From the IMG/VR virus record IMGVR_UViG_3300017917_001123, positions 267,571-331,570 of that record: a DNA stretch of 64,000 bases, one strand, 5' to 3'. Shown one piece after another: positions 29,624 to 39,451 of this stretch (positions are counted from its first letter, which is position 1; the number at the start of each line of letters is the position of its first letter). The position numbers and the translations under genes are program-made. The notes beneath the pieces are model-generated. The model searched no databases. It was not told the DNA's origin and saw only the letters and a list, made by a program, of their open reading frames with translations.

Positions 29624-32374
29624 ATGTCAGCAATTAAATTTAGTCAATTAAAACTTTTAACAAACCCAACAGGTGAAATATTTTTTCCTGTAGTTTATAA
29701 TGGAACAAACTGGAAACTAACTTTAGATTCGATAAAAGGATCGTTCGCTCCATCATGGACTGATCTTCAGAACAAACCTGTGTTCCATGAAACAGCAATC
29801 AGTGGAGATTATACAAGACTAAACAACTTACCTGCTATTCCTTCTAATACAAGCCAACTAACTAACGGCGCAGGATTTATCACCACAGCTAGTCTAACAT
29901 GGAACAATATCACTGGGAAGCCTAATTTATTCAGCGGCGTGTATAATGACCTAAGTGGCAAACCTAATTTATTCAGCGGTAGCTATAACGATTTAACGGA
30001 CAAGCCTCAGTTGTTTGACGGCAATTACAATTCATTATCGAACAGACCTGAGATACCATCAAACACTAATCAACTAGCCAACGGTGCTGGATTTATTACA
30101 ACTGCTAGCATCACATGGGAATCTCTACAAAGTAGTGTTCCTCTAGCAATGGTTGCCAAAACCGGTAGTTATACTGACTTAGGAAATAAACCAGATCAAG
30201 CATTAAACACTAATAGCAATGTTACTTTCTCTAGTATAACATTCCCAGATGCTAGTGTACAATCGACGGCGTTTATTCCGTTAACTTTTATTACTCCCGA
30301 TGACATCTCATTATCGGGCATTACAACAATCGCACTTACTGGTACTGGAGTAACTGCTTCTGCAGTAGGCAATGCTATTACACTAGATATATCAGGTGGC
30401 GGCAGTGGAAATGTAGGAGACTTTACATTTGTAGGTGGAACAGCAAGTCTTCCTCTAGGAAGCACAATGACTCTTCAAACCTACCAAAACGGTGGAAACA
30501 GAGAGTCTGTGTTAACATTGGCTCCTATTGGAGATTCTGCTCTTGATGTCGGTGGAGGATTAAGAGTAAGAACTGCCTACGGTACAGGTTTTGAAAAGTC
30601 TTGGACATTTAATACAGATGGTAGTATAACATTTCCAGATGCTACATTACAATCAACCGCGTTTGTCGGTACCGGCAATATCCAATTTAGAAATGATACA
30701 TTAAACAATCTTAATGGTGTTATCATTACTAATGCTGATCAAACCACTACTGCTACTGCTCAGATAAGTGTTCCTGCCAATGGCTCTGGAAGTATACTAA
30801 TCACTAATAATAACACCAGTTGGGGATTTGAAAGTAACGGCAATCTATCACTCCCAGGAGATTTAACATTACCTACCGGATGGAGGATTTCATCTAATCA
30901 AATCAACACAGGACTCGGAACCACAGTAACTTCTATTTCATTGATTACAGAGAGTCTATCTGTGGACCGTCGTTTAGAAATATATTCTGAAAGTAATCGA
31001 CTACATTTAGATTCACACAACCCAACTACTGAATTATACATAGGTGATAATTCACAGTTTATCGCTTTGCAACAAAGTGGCGAGATATTTGTCAGTGCTA
31101 CTGGTGGCTTAAGCCTTCATGGTGGCGGGGCAAACAGTCTCGCAAGAGTTGTTATACCCGACCAAGAAGATGCACCGTTTACACCTCTTTATGTAATAAA
31201 CACAGGAACTCCTGGAGTTATAATACAAGCTGGCGCAACTCCGCGGAATTGGCAGTTCCGTGGTAGCGACGGTGGGTTAGTATTCCCAGACAATACCGTT
31301 CAGACTACTGCTTGGTTAGGTACCGCGGACGTAGTTAGAAATGTCACCAGCCTTGGTGGCACGGTCAGTATTCAAACAGCCAGTCAGCAGGGTGATCCTG
31401 ATAAAACTTGGTTGTTTAAGCACGATGGCGCCGGTGCATTAGTTCTAACAGATGGTAGTACCATTAGAGCAAAACACGGATTTAACATTTTAGCCACTGC
31501 GCCAGAATTTGTTAACTTCACGAGCATAAGAAACTTTGATTCTCTGTCATTCCTTGATCTCACTAACATCGTAATAATAAATCCAACAGCTAGTATTTTA
31601 GCCGCCATTGATCCCTCAACTTCCACCTGCGTAGCAGTAACCGGCACTACAGTCAGACTTATGCTTGATAACGGTGTTGTACAAAACTACCAGTTGACAT
31701 CAACATTTGTTGGCGAAGAAAATAATCCGTTTTATGGGTTACCAGTATGGACAGCTACTATTCCTAACAGCGGTATTGCATCAACTTCAATCAAAGAAGT
31801 TAGTTTTGGATACTCTGCCAACTGGAGGTTTGATACAGCCGGCCGCATAACTTTCCCCGATGGTACAACATCAACTGGTGCTACTATATTTGCTAATTCT
31901 TCTAGTTATAAGATTCAAACAATATCGTTTGCCGGCAGTCCTAGCAATTTAGTTTCTACATATGAATTTGGTGTAGCTAGTATAACTATCCCCGGAAATG
32001 GAATAATTTACAATGAAGGCCAATCAGGATATTGGGCACTTGATGGTGTTAACGGAGAGTTTTCATTCCCTAACAATTCAAGAATTAGTTACGGTTTAAA
32101 TAATGCTGGACTAACTGAAGACGACTTAAAAATTCAAGCCATTAACACAGGTAATGTAGTTGTATCCGCCAACGGAGCTGACTGGATATTCGGAACCGAC
32201 GGCAGTCTAACACTCCCAGACTCTACTGTACAAACTACCGCATGGACTACAACATCTAACTATACTCCCGCAACACCCAGTGACTGGTCAGGAACACCTC
32301 CTACTACCATAGCAGAAGCATTAGATAGGTTAGCCGCAAGGATTAAATTAATTGACGGCGGCATCGGAGCATAA
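29624..32374 (+). CDS. tail-fibre-like virion protein
   Basis: F.G.YNDL..KP 11-aa repeats and recurrent W.F..DG...FPD.T.Q.TA modules. Confidence 0.75.
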   Translation: MSAIKFSQLKLLTNPTGEIFFPVVYNGTNWKLTLDSIKGSFAPSWTDLQNKPVFHETAISGDYTRLNNLPAIPSNTSQLTNGAGFITTASLTWNNITGKPNLFSGVYNDLSGKPNLFSGSYNDLTDKPQLFDGNYNSLSNRPEIPSNTNQLANGAGFITTASITWESLQSSVPLAMVAKTGSYTDLGNKPDQALNTNSNVTFSSITFPDASVQSTAFIPLTFITPDDISLSGITTIALTGTGVTASAVGNAITLDISGGGSGNVGDFTFVGGTASLPLGSTMTLQTYQNGGNRESVLTLAPIGDSALDVGGGLRVRTAYGTGFEKSWTFNTDGSITFPDATLQSTAFVGTGNIQFRNDTLNNLNGVIITNADQTTTATAQISVPANGSGSILITNNNTSWGFESNGNLSLPGDLTLPTGWRISSNQINTGLGTTVTSISLITESLSVDRRLEIYSESNRLHLDSHNPTTELYIGDNSQFIALQQSGEIFVSATGGLSLHGGGANSLARVVIPDQEDAPFTPLYVINTGTPGVIIQAGATPRNWQFRGSDGGLVFPDNTVQTTAWLGTADVVRNVTSLGGTVSIQTASQQGDPDKTWLFKHDGAGALVLTDGSTIRAKHGFNILATAPEFVNFTSIRNFDSLSFLDLTNIVIINPTASILAAIDPSTSTCVAVTGTTVRLMLDNGVVQNYQLTSTFVGEENNPFYGLPVWTATIPNSGIASTSIKEVSFGYSANWRFDTAGRITFPDGTTSTGATIFANSSSYKIQTISFAGSPSNLVSTYEFGVASITIPGNGIIYNEGQSGYWALDGVNGEFSFPNNSRISYGLNNAGLTEDDLKIQAINTGNVVVSANGADWIFGTDGSLTLPDSTVQTTAWTTTSNYTPATPSDWSGTPPTTIAEALDRLAARIKLIDGGIGA
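29921..29970 (+). repeat. 33-nt-period coding direct repeat
   Basis: CCTAATTTATTCAGCGG at 29921 and 29954 (KPNLFSG). Confidence 0.8.
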
Positions 32375-32388
32375 GGTTAAATATAACT

Positions 32389-32733
32389 ATGAGAGCAACT
32401 GACCTAATCCGAAGCGTACTTTGCGTGATCGACCAAATTGAACAAAAAGAACAACAAGCAGAAATTCCAGCGTCGGCTACTATTTCTGTAAGTGTTCCAC
32501 CAGAAGAAGTTCACCAAGCTGATGTAGTAGAGCCAGGGTTTAAGCAGATCTTTGATTTGCTTTCCGGACGTAGACACGGTCAGTATGCCAATAGCCCAAC
32601 CGAAACAGTAGCAGGTATTGATTCAGTAACCAAAGACGCCGGAGCAGAAGGTTGGAACGGAACAAAGCATCCAGCAGATTTACGTGTAAAGGATCCTTCA
32701 ATGTATCCTAACTCACAATTAGGGAGTCAATAA
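32389..32733 (+). CDS. hypothetical protein, putative head-internal
   Basis: starts MRATDLI after TAAATA (32378-32383). Confidence 0.65.
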   Translation: MRATDLIRSVLCVIDQIEQKEQQAEIPASATISVSVPPEEVHQADVVEPGFKQIFDLLSGRRHGQYANSPTETVAGIDSVTKDAGAEGWNGTKHPADLRVKDPSMYPNSQLGSQ

Positions 32734-32960
32734 TGTCTTTAAACGGAATAAGCACACTACCTACAAAACGCGAGCGCCAAGATGCTAAACTAGCACAGGC
32801 GGCATTAGATCGTGCGGCAGATGGCAATCCTCGTTCTACTCTTAACGCAACTCAATTACCTACAAGATATAAAGTAGGCGACAACGATACAGCAGATGTT
32901 GTTGATAATCCTAACGTTGGAGGCCTAGTACAAGGCAGACCCTGGACAACCGGAGATTAA
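32733..32960 (+). CDS. hypothetical protein
   Basis: 75 aa; TAATG-coupled. Confidence 0.7.
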   Translation: MSLNGISTLPTKRERQDAKLAQAALDRAADGNPRSTLNATQLPTRYKVGDNDTADVVDNPNVGGLVQGRPWTTGD

Positions 32961-32963
32961 TCA

Positions 32964-34586
32964 ATGACGGTTGACCGCTATCAAAATAGTACCAGCTACG
33001 AACACCCACAGGAGAGCAATCTTCTAAACGTTCATAAGGCTATGGAGTACGACCTTGGCGGTAAGCCAATGCTTCGTGTTGCAGCTAAATTGTCGGGCCC
33101 GAGTATTGCTGGACAAGTATCAGCGTTCGGTGAGCCATTAGCAATCTCACCAACTGCAGTTATACAGTTAGATGGTATTTACGGTACTACCAATGATGTT
33201 ATACAAACATACACTAACGGCACCGGTTCAAGCGCAGGATCAGTAGATGGTATGTTCAGAGTACATTCAGGAACTAGCCAAGGTGGATATGGTGTGCTTC
33301 GTAGCAAACGCTTTGTTCGCTATCGTCCAGGACAGGGTATTCAATGTCGTATGACTGCTGGGTTTACCACAGGTGTAGCAGGTAGCAGTCAGTTTGCTGG
33401 ACTTGCTAACCAAGAGAACCGTGTAGGCTTTGGCTACGATGGCACACGCTTTGGTGTTGTTCGCTCAACAGGCGGCAAGGCTGTAATATTAACTATGGTT
33501 ATTAACACAGCACCCGACGCACCGCAGACTGCTACTATTACTCTAAACGGTGTTGCCTATACTGTAGCACTGACAGCAGGTACGGCCGCACACGCAGTCA
33601 CTGAAATGGTTAATCGTGTAGGTGGGTATGGAACTTGGCTGACACAACAAACAGACGGTGCTATGCTATGGCTAGGGCCAGTAGGCGTTGCCAACGGAGC
33701 ATTTAATTTTACCAGCACAGGTAATGCCACAGCTACGTTTACGGTTGTACAGGCAGGTGTTAACCAAACCCACAACTGGACCTATCAAGAAGAATGGAAT
33801 GTGGACAAGTTAGACGGCAGTGGCGCTATTGACACTAATCCTAGTGGTATGCTGTTAGACACAACTAAACTTAATGTTTATCAAGTTAGTATGCGATGGC
33901 TAGGAGCAGGTGTAATCAGTTATGCTATAGAAGACGAACTATCTGGCACATTAGTCTATGTTCATAGAGAACATTATGTAAACCAACATACTACAACACA
34001 TACCGCTAATCCAAGTTTTAAAGTTCAGTACAATGCCGTTAATACAACCAATACTACAGACATACAGGTCTACGGCGGCAGTATGTATGCGGCAATTGAA
34101 GGTACTATTCACTTAAACGAACTTACACGTTCTGCTTCGACTAGCAAAACAGGATTGGTAAAAGATGTTATTCATCATATGATGACCATTAAGAACTCTG
34201 TGGTCACTAACGGGCTTGCTGGTGCTAACAACGGAAACTATGTGCTCAACACCAAAGAAGCTATCGTTAAAAGTCTAAGCGTATCCTGTCAAAGTACAGA
34301 CCCTGTAGAAGTTTATCTGTACTTTGAACCAGCTGGATTTTCTGGCGCACACGAATACTATGCCATTCCACGTTGTAATGAAGTTAAGAGTACAGTAACA
34401 GGTACATTTAACGGCACTTCAGATACACCTATATATACAGGCTTCTGCGGCATCAACGGGACTATCAACGTTGATCTAAGCCAGTACCGTATTACTATAC
34501 CTCCAGGCAGTTGGCTAAGTATTGCGGTAAAGAGTACTAACTCAATCAGCCCTTGTATCGCTGCCTTGACTTGGAGTGAAGATTAA
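32964..34586 (+). CDS. putative virion structural protein
   Basis: 540-aa beta-rich ORF in the late cluster. Confidence 0.65.
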   Translation: MTVDRYQNSTSYEHPQESNLLNVHKAMEYDLGGKPMLRVAAKLSGPSIAGQVSAFGEPLAISPTAVIQLDGIYGTTNDVIQTYTNGTGSSAGSVDGMFRVHSGTSQGGYGVLRSKRFVRYRPGQGIQCRMTAGFTTGVAGSSQFAGLANQENRVGFGYDGTRFGVVRSTGGKAVILTMVINTAPDAPQTATITLNGVAYTVALTAGTAAHAVTEMVNRVGGYGTWLTQQTDGAMLWLGPVGVANGAFNFTSTGNATATFTVVQAGVNQTHNWTYQEEWNVDKLDGSGAIDTNPSGMLLDTTKLNVYQVSMRWLGAGVISYAIEDELSGTLVYVHREHYVNQHTTTHTANPSFKVQYNAVNTTNTTDIQVYGGSMYAAIEGTIHLNELTRSASTSKTGLVKDVIHHMMTIKNSVVTNGLAGANNGNYVLNTKEAIVKSLSVSCQSTDPVEVYLYFEPAGFSGAHEYYAIPRCNEVKSTVTGTFNGTSDTPIYTGFCGINGTINVDLSQYRITIPPGSWLSIAVKSTNSISPCIAALTWSED

Positions 34587-34599
34587 GATAAGTACTATT

Positions 34600-34923
34600 A
34601 TGAAAATACAGCAAATTTTTGAAGCACCTATTGCCGCTACAGACGATCCTAATAATCCTATGATTTATGGACATGAAAAAGCTAATCCAATGGACCTAAA
34701 GGGTCGCATTGTACAAGCTCGCGGACAATTAAAAGAATTAGCTCAGTTAGCAGAAACAAATGATCTAGCTAGCTGGCAACGTATTTGTCAATTAGCCAAG
34801 GGCGGAATGTTTATGGGCCTAGAGCAGAACTTAGAACAAATTCGTCATGGTATAGAAGAACTAAGTAAAAAGAGAGCCAAAGGCGGTGTTCAAAGCCGCG
34901 GCATAGATAAAAACATAGGATAA
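34600..34923 (+). CDS. hypothetical protein, putative head-internal
   Basis: start MKIQQIFEA chosen over the ORF-track 34576. Confidence 0.65.
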   Translation: MKIQQIFEAPIAATDDPNNPMIYGHEKANPMDLKGRIVQARGQLKELAQLAETNDLASWQRICQLAKGGMFMGLEQNLEQIRHGIEELSKKRAKGGVQSRGIDKNIG

Positions 34924-34925
34924 AA

Positions 34926-35360
34926 ATGAAAAAATTATTAGCATTATTATTGTTAGTTCCAACACTAGCATTAGCACAAAAGACACCACAGGGTGTTACG
35001 TATGACGCACAAATTCTAAGGGTAAATGACGGCGATACTGTAGTAATCAGTGCGCCGTTTCTTCCTAAACCCCTTAAGCCAGAACTTGCTGTTCGAGTTT
35101 ACGGAGTTGACACACCTGAAAAAGGATTTAGAGCACAATGCCCAAGCGAAGACCAACGTGGACAAGCTGCCACTGCCTTTACCAAAAACGCAGTTGCTAC
35201 TACCCAAAAGCATCAGGTTACGCTCTATGGATGGGATAAGTTCGGCGGTCGTGTTTTGGGAGACGTCATTCTAAATGGTGTTAGCCTACGTGCTGAATTG
35301 ATTAAAAACGGCTTTGCTCGTGAATACTACGGTGAGGCAAAACAAAGCTGGTGTCAGTAA
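34926..35360 (+). CDS. thermonuclease (SNase-like) with signal peptide
   Basis: NDGDT, VRVYGVDTPE, DKFGGRVLG; hydrophobic N-terminus. Confidence 0.9.
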   Translation: MKKLLALLLLVPTLALAQKTPQGVTYDAQILRVNDGDTVVISAPFLPKPLKPELAVRVYGVDTPEKGFRAQCPSEDQRGQAATAFTKNAVATTQKHQVTLYGWDKFGGRVLGDVILNGVSLRAELIKNGFAREYYGEAKQSWCQ

Positions 35361-35446
35361 TGAATCCAGATAATCCTAACGATTACCCAGTTTACCCGGA
35401 GGATGATGGTTATGACCGTCCGAGAAACCCTTACAGCCCTGTATAA
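35360..35446 (+). CDS. 28-aa Pro/Asp/Tyr-rich small protein
   Basis: MNPDNPNDYPVYPEDDGYDRPRNPYSPV; TAATG-coupled; not in ORF track. Confidence 0.4.
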   Translation: MNPDNPNDYPVYPEDDGYDRPRNPYSPV

Positions 35447-35573
35447 AAATATTATTATGGGCTTTGCCATGTATGGTATTAGTATGAGTCTAGCCTATGG
35501 TGGCTATGTAGGTCAAGATTACAACGACTTATGTGACCCTAGATATTGCTGTCCTCCAAAAGACATTAACTGA
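35412..35573 (+). CDS. 53-aa small protein
   Basis: GGAGGA SD at 35398-35403; MTVRETLTALYKNIIMGFAMYGISMSLAYGG..CDPRYCCPPKDIN. Confidence 0.55.
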   Translation: MTVRETLTALYKNIIMGFAMYGISMSLAYGGYVGQDYNDLCDPRYCCPPKDIN

Positions 35574-35580
35574 TTATAAG

Positions 35581-35670
35581 AACATACCCTAGGACCGTTT
35601 GGGGTTATGTGGCCGGCTGCTGGCCTGGGACTGAAAGATTCGCTACCTAGTAGGTTCCTAAAGTGAGCAC
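35581..35670 (+). ncRNA. candidate structured non-coding RNA (unassigned)
   Basis: non-coding GC-rich island with several hairpins and a possible long-range pairing; family not recognised; strand assumed. Confidence 0.4.
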
Positions 35671-35679
35671 ATATTCAAG

Positions 35680-35710
35680 AGAACGCCCCAATTAAGGGGC
35701 GTTCTGCTTT
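35680..35710. terminator. hairpin terminator between convergent units
   Basis: AGAACGCCCC-AATTAA-GGGGCGTTCT, perfect 10-bp stem. Confidence 0.75.
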
Positions 35711-35776
35711 ACGGATTAAAGTATAGTAAACTAATACGGGCTATGCCCCGATAATATATTATTTTTGTAAAGCAAA

Positions 35777-36046
35777 TTACTTCTTAGCGCCAGTGTTAAC
35801 AAAGGCATACATCTTTTCAGCTGTCTCTAGAACTTTATCAAGTCCTGGAAACTCTGGCATTTCTACCTTGCTAACGATTTGACCAGTCTTCTCATCACGT
35901 TGAGCAGTCATTTCCCAACCGGCAAATTTAACTTGAAAGTCTTGCTGAACAAGTTCTTTAGCCATTGCTAAGATGTCTGTACGGATTTCGTAACCGTTTT
36001 TATTGAACTTTACTTCTGGTAGTTTTGGTGTATTGAATTCTGACAT
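35777..36046 (-). CDS. hypothetical protein
   Basis: 89 aa; ACATACACACAGGAGAA leader. Confidence 0.75.
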   Translation of the reverse strand: MSEFNTPKLPEVKFNKNGYEIRTDILAMAKELVQQDFQVKFAGWEMTAQRDEKTGQIVSKVEMPEFPGLDKVLETAEKMYAFVNTGAKK

Positions 36047-36076
36047 AATTTTTCTCCTGTGTGTATGTCTTACTGC

Positions 36077-36280
36077 TTATTTGGCCACTGCGTTTTTAAA
36101 AAACTTAATGACCGCATCATTAAGTGCGGAATTGCCCTTAACAATACTCTTGGCAAACTCACGTTGTGCTTCTACGTAAGCTAGCATCCCGTTTTTCAGC
36201 GGCTCGTTGGTTACAAATGTATTAACAAACTGTGCCTTGGCATTCTGAATGCCGTCAATGAAAAAATCTGGTGTAAACAT
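36077..36280 (-). CDS. hypothetical helical protein
   Basis: 67 aa; identical leader motif. Confidence 0.7.
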   Translation of the reverse strand: MFTPDFFIDGIQNAKAQFVNTFVTNEPLKNGMLAYVEAQREFAKSIVKGNSALNDAVIKFFKNAVAK

Positions 36281-36344
36281 TTTTATTCTCCTGTGTGTAT
36301 GTTTAACAATGCGTTGAACATTGTACTATTATATATCTTTTTAT

Positions 36345-36917
36345 TTAAAATGTCAAAGGAAACCTGAGCATTTGAGCAAATTTTCTCTGAGCCTTACCTA
36401 AGTGATCAATCTTAGCAAGGCTATCGCTAACCGCTTCTCTCCATACACTAACCGGAGTTGGGGCAGGAATTGCTATCTCAGCACTAGCATCGCCGTGCTC
36501 TGACTTAACTAAAATACCGTGCTTACGTGCCAGGCTTTTAATCTTATCGTTGCTACCCAAGCAGACCATACAACCTGTTTTGATACTGTGGTTTTGACAA
36601 TACTCAATGGTACGAGCCATTAGGGCATCGCCCATACCTTGTCCTTGGCATTCTTTTAAAACACTAAAAGCTAGCTCAGCAGGATCATCTTCTAAACTGA
36701 TGTGACCGATACCTACAATTTCAAGGTCATCATTTTCGATCGCAAAGATAATGTGCTTGTCCGAGTTATCGCGCCACTTGTTACAAAGATCGATAATCTG
36801 TTCATTTCGAATGTGGTATCCAAAACGCATATATCGACTTTCTTCATCCAGACTAAGCAGATGTAGTTTGTATCTGTGATACTCGGGCTTTTCTAACTTG
36901 TAGATGGTATGTACCAT
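36345..36917 (-). CDS. GNAT acetyltransferase
   Basis: SRYMRFG, ELAFSVLKECQGQGMG (acetyl-CoA motif). Confidence 0.88.
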   Translation of the reverse strand: MVHTIYKLEKPEYHRYKLHLLSLDEESRYMRFGYHIRNEQIIDLCNKWRDNSDKHIIFAIENDDLEIVGIGHISLEDDPAELAFSVLKECQGQGMGDALMARTIEYCQNHSIKTGCMVCLGSNDKIKSLARKHGILVKSEHGDASAEIAIPAPTPVSVWREAVSDSLAKIDHLGKAQRKFAQMLRFPLTF

Positions 36918-37043
36918 TTACTTTCCTTCCATTACCGCTCTAGCTTCGTCGTATTTGCGGGCTCTAGCTAATTCTGCCGCATACTTAGCACGGCCAATTG
37001 AGCAAAGAAAATCCCAAATAAATTTAATTGTTGTTTTGAACAT
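36918..37043 (-). CDS. 41-aa small protein
   Basis: MFKTTIKFIWDFLCSIGRAKYAAELARARKYDEARAVMEGK; AGGAGA SD; not in ORF track. Confidence 0.65.
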   Translation of the reverse strand: MFKTTIKFIWDFLCSIGRAKYAAELARARKYDEARAVMEGK

Positions 37044-37204
37044 TGTGTGTTCTCCTTGTGTGTATGTAGCTACTCATGGTTTCTACTGAGTATTTAGCAC
37101 ATTATATGTTGCGGCCGCATAAAACACAAGTTTGCGTTTTGCCAAACAAGATGTTATTATAGTTGAAGTTAGCCGCTAAATACCAAGTAGAAAAAGGAAA
37201 TGAC

Positions 37205-37513
37205 GTGAAACGCCATACTCGAAGCTTACTAGAAGAACTTAACGATATTGCTGTCCGTAAGGACGCAGAAAGCGTTATCGAAAGTAGAGCACAGCACATT
37301 ATTGACTCAGCAATTAACCTTCTCCACCTTATACGTGAGAATTTTGATCCAGAACAAGCATACGAACTAGAGCGCCGTTTCCTTAATTCAATCAAGGGTG
37401 CTGACCCTGCTAAATTTACACGCGGTATTCGCAAGTTCCGCGATGCTAAACACTCCGATAGTCCGCTACATTCTATCGAAGAAACTGCTAAATCTGACGA
37501 AGATAGCGTCTAA
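37205..37513 (+). CDS. hypothetical protein
   Basis: GTG start MKRHTRSLLEEL; promoter-like TTGCGT-17-TATTAT at 37132-37160. Confidence 0.7.
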   Translation: MKRHTRSLLEELNDIAVRKDAESVIESRAQHIIDSAINLLHLIRENFDPEQAYELERRFLNSIKGADPAKFTRGIRKFRDAKHSDSPLHSIEETAKSDEDSV

Positions 37514-37611
37514 AATTCCCCCATTTGACACGGTTTTTCCTTAACTGGATAAATATTGTTACCAATGCTTCAGAGTAGAAGCGTTAGACATATCGAGTTA
37601 AGGAGAAAATT

Positions 37612-38055
37612 ATGTCAGCAGGAATTACAAGAGTAAATGGTAAGGCCGAAATCGGTGCTTCCCTAAATGTTACAGGTGAAAAGAGCTTTTTCATCGGTGG
37701 TTATCAGCCACTATTTGTTACTATCCAAACAGTAACAGCAACTTACGACTTCACAACAAACTACGGTAACGTAAACAGCGAATTCGAACAAGTCATCCGT
37801 GCTTGCGAAACAGTTGGTACAGTAGTTGGTTATGGTAAGCCAGCAAATGCTAACTCTAGCTCAACAATGGTTGTTATCTATGATGCAGGTTCTGTAAACC
37901 AAGGTGACGGCGCAGGTGGTCAAGCTGGTGCTACAACTGGTTTTGGTGCTCTAAAGTCTGCTTTAGCAGCCGCAGGTGGTGTTACAGCTAGCGATTTCGC
38001 AGTTACAACATACACAGGCTTCTTAGGTGCCGCTTTAGCTAACAACGCATCTTAA
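37612..38055 (+). CDS. putative abundant virion protein (head decoration-like)
   Basis: A/G/T-rich 147 aa; TAAATA at 37550, strong AAGGAGA SD, own terminator. Confidence 0.6.
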   Translation: MSAGITRVNGKAEIGASLNVTGEKSFFIGGYQPLFVTIQTVTATYDFTTNYGNVNSEFEQVIRACETVGTVVGYGKPANANSSSTMVVIYDAGSVNQGDGAGGQAGATTGFGALKSALAAAGGVTASDFAVTTYTGFLGAALANNAS

Positions 38056-38074
38056 TCTAATCTAAATTAGATAC

Positions 38075-38107
38075 AAGGGCATCTTTTTTAAGGTGCCCTT
38101 TTTCTTT
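38075..38107 (+). terminator. intrinsic terminator
   Basis: AAGGGCATC/GGTGCCCTT stem followed by TTTCTTT. Confidence 0.75.
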
Positions 38108-38138
38108 GGCTTAAATATCAGACAAGAATTGAGCCACA

Positions 38139-38555
38139 ATGCAGAGAATCAAAATAGAAACTTTAATAGATGTTACATGTTCTAGCGCCAAGCGACCTGG
38201 ACAAGGTGATGCTACAGAAATGAACCAGTATAGAAACTATACAACATTGTTACAGGCTATTGGTCTACGAGCCAACGTTTCGTTTGAAGATCCTCCAACA
38301 TGCTCTGTTCAGAAATTAAACGGAAAGAAGTTTGGTACTGAATACGATGGGAAAAGTCACGCTGTTTGGACATTTGAATTTACTACCGATCGTGACGATG
38401 TTTACAATGATGGTAACGGGGAGTTATCTCTGTTAAAAGAAGATCTACACAATGTCCCAGTGGTAAGAAACTTAAAAGAAACAATAAATACAGACAAGAG
38501 CGTATTTGACCTTAAATCAGTCAAATATAGAAACACTATTGTTTCTTTAGATTAA
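38139..38555 (+). CDS. hypothetical protein
   Basis: 138 aa after TAAATA (38112-38117). Confidence 0.7.
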   Translation: MQRIKIETLIDVTCSSAKRPGQGDATEMNQYRNYTTLLQAIGLRANVSFEDPPTCSVQKLNGKKFGTEYDGKSHAVWTFEFTTDRDDVYNDGNGELSLLKEDLHNVPVVRNLKETINTDKSVFDLKSVKYRNTIVSLD

Positions 38556-38567
38556 TGGAGCAAGGTA

Positions 38568-38807
38568 ATGTCCTTACAACCAACAGATATTGAAAAAGAA
38601 AATCTAGAAAGCCACGTTGAACTATGTGCTTTACGTTATGGTGAACTAGAGCGTCGCCTTAGTTCTATTGAAGACAAAGTCGGCAAATTAGCAGAAGCTA
38701 TTCAAGAAAGCCGTACTAGCATGACAAAGGTATTAATTGCCACAGCTGGTACAGTAGTAGCAGGAGTACTTTCTACTCTTGTAGTTTTATTAACAAAGTC
38801 ACTATAA
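38568..38807 (+). CDS. coiled-coil protein with C-terminal membrane segment
   Basis: LERRLSSIEDKVGKLAE followed by VLIATAGTVVAGVLSTLVVLL. Confidence 0.7.
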   Translation: MSLQPTDIEKENLESHVELCALRYGELERRLSSIEDKVGKLAEAIQESRTSMTKVLIATAGTVVAGVLSTLVVLLTKSL

Positions 38808-38808
38808 A

Positions 38809-39231
38809 ATGCGTATCCAAGACTTACTTTCAGAAACCGCTCCAGGAACTATGGGCGTCGGAAATACAATCAAAACAGGTATGGGTTTTAATGCCGGCGC
38901 AGGAACAGGAGCAGTTTTAAAGACAATGGCGTTAAAAGGCCTAGGTCTTGGAAATACAGCTAACGCATACGCACAGCAAAAAGGTGCTATTGGCGACACA
39001 ACTAATCTCGCTAAACAGACACCCCAACAACTAGCACAAAATCTTGCTCTGAAGCCTGGATCTACAGTAGACTTAGGCAACGGACAAAAAGGTCAAATTA
39101 AAGCAATCGATCAAACTGGTGTTAAATTTGCCGACGGCACAATCTGGGGAAGTGAAAAATTAGCTACCCTGGCACAGCAACGTCAAGCACTTCAAACACT
39201 AAGTCAGCAAGGCCAACCGAAGGTTCAGTAA
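38809..39231 (+). CDS. hypothetical protein, putative head-internal
   Basis: starts MRIQDLLSE. Confidence 0.65.
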   Translation: MRIQDLLSETAPGTMGVGNTIKTGMGFNAGAGTGAVLKTMALKGLGLGNTANAYAQQKGAIGDTTNLAKQTPQQLAQNLALKPGSTVDLGNGQKGQIKAIDQTGVKFADGTIWGSEKLATLAQQRQALQTLSQQGQPKVQ

Positions 39232-39232
39232 T

Positions 39233-39451
39233 ATGAGAATTCATCATTTGCTAGATCAGCCTTCTATTATCTTAACAAATGAAGAAAAAGAATTCATTGA
39301 CGCAATGGGCAATGAAATTAGATTGAACGCACTTAAAGAGCGCGAGCAAGTTTTAGCTCGTAACCTTGTCCGTAAGGGCGTTTATACAATAAGTAAAACA
39401 AACGAAACACTTCATTTAAGCCATGCCGAAAGTCCAAAAAGATTTAGTTGA
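39233..39451 (+). CDS. hypothetical protein
   Basis: 72 aa, starts MRIHHLLDQ. Confidence 0.65.
   Translation: MRIHHLLDQPSIILTNEEKEFIDAMGNEIRLNALKEREQVLARNLVRKGVYTISKTNETLHLSHAESPKRFS

Noticed and set aside
35581-35670. Hammerhead or HDV-like ribozyme assignment
   Set aside because: CTGAAAGA does not fit CUGANGA; the minus-strand GCGAA lacks a matching P2/P3 upstream. Left unassigned.
35777-36280. Phasin annotation for the two small helical proteins
   Set aside because: Only a vague amphipathic resemblance; no PHA genes in the window.
37525-37555. sigma70 promoter from TTGACA at 37525
   Set aside because: The -10 at 17 nt spacing is GATAAA, a poor match; TAAATA explains the site better.
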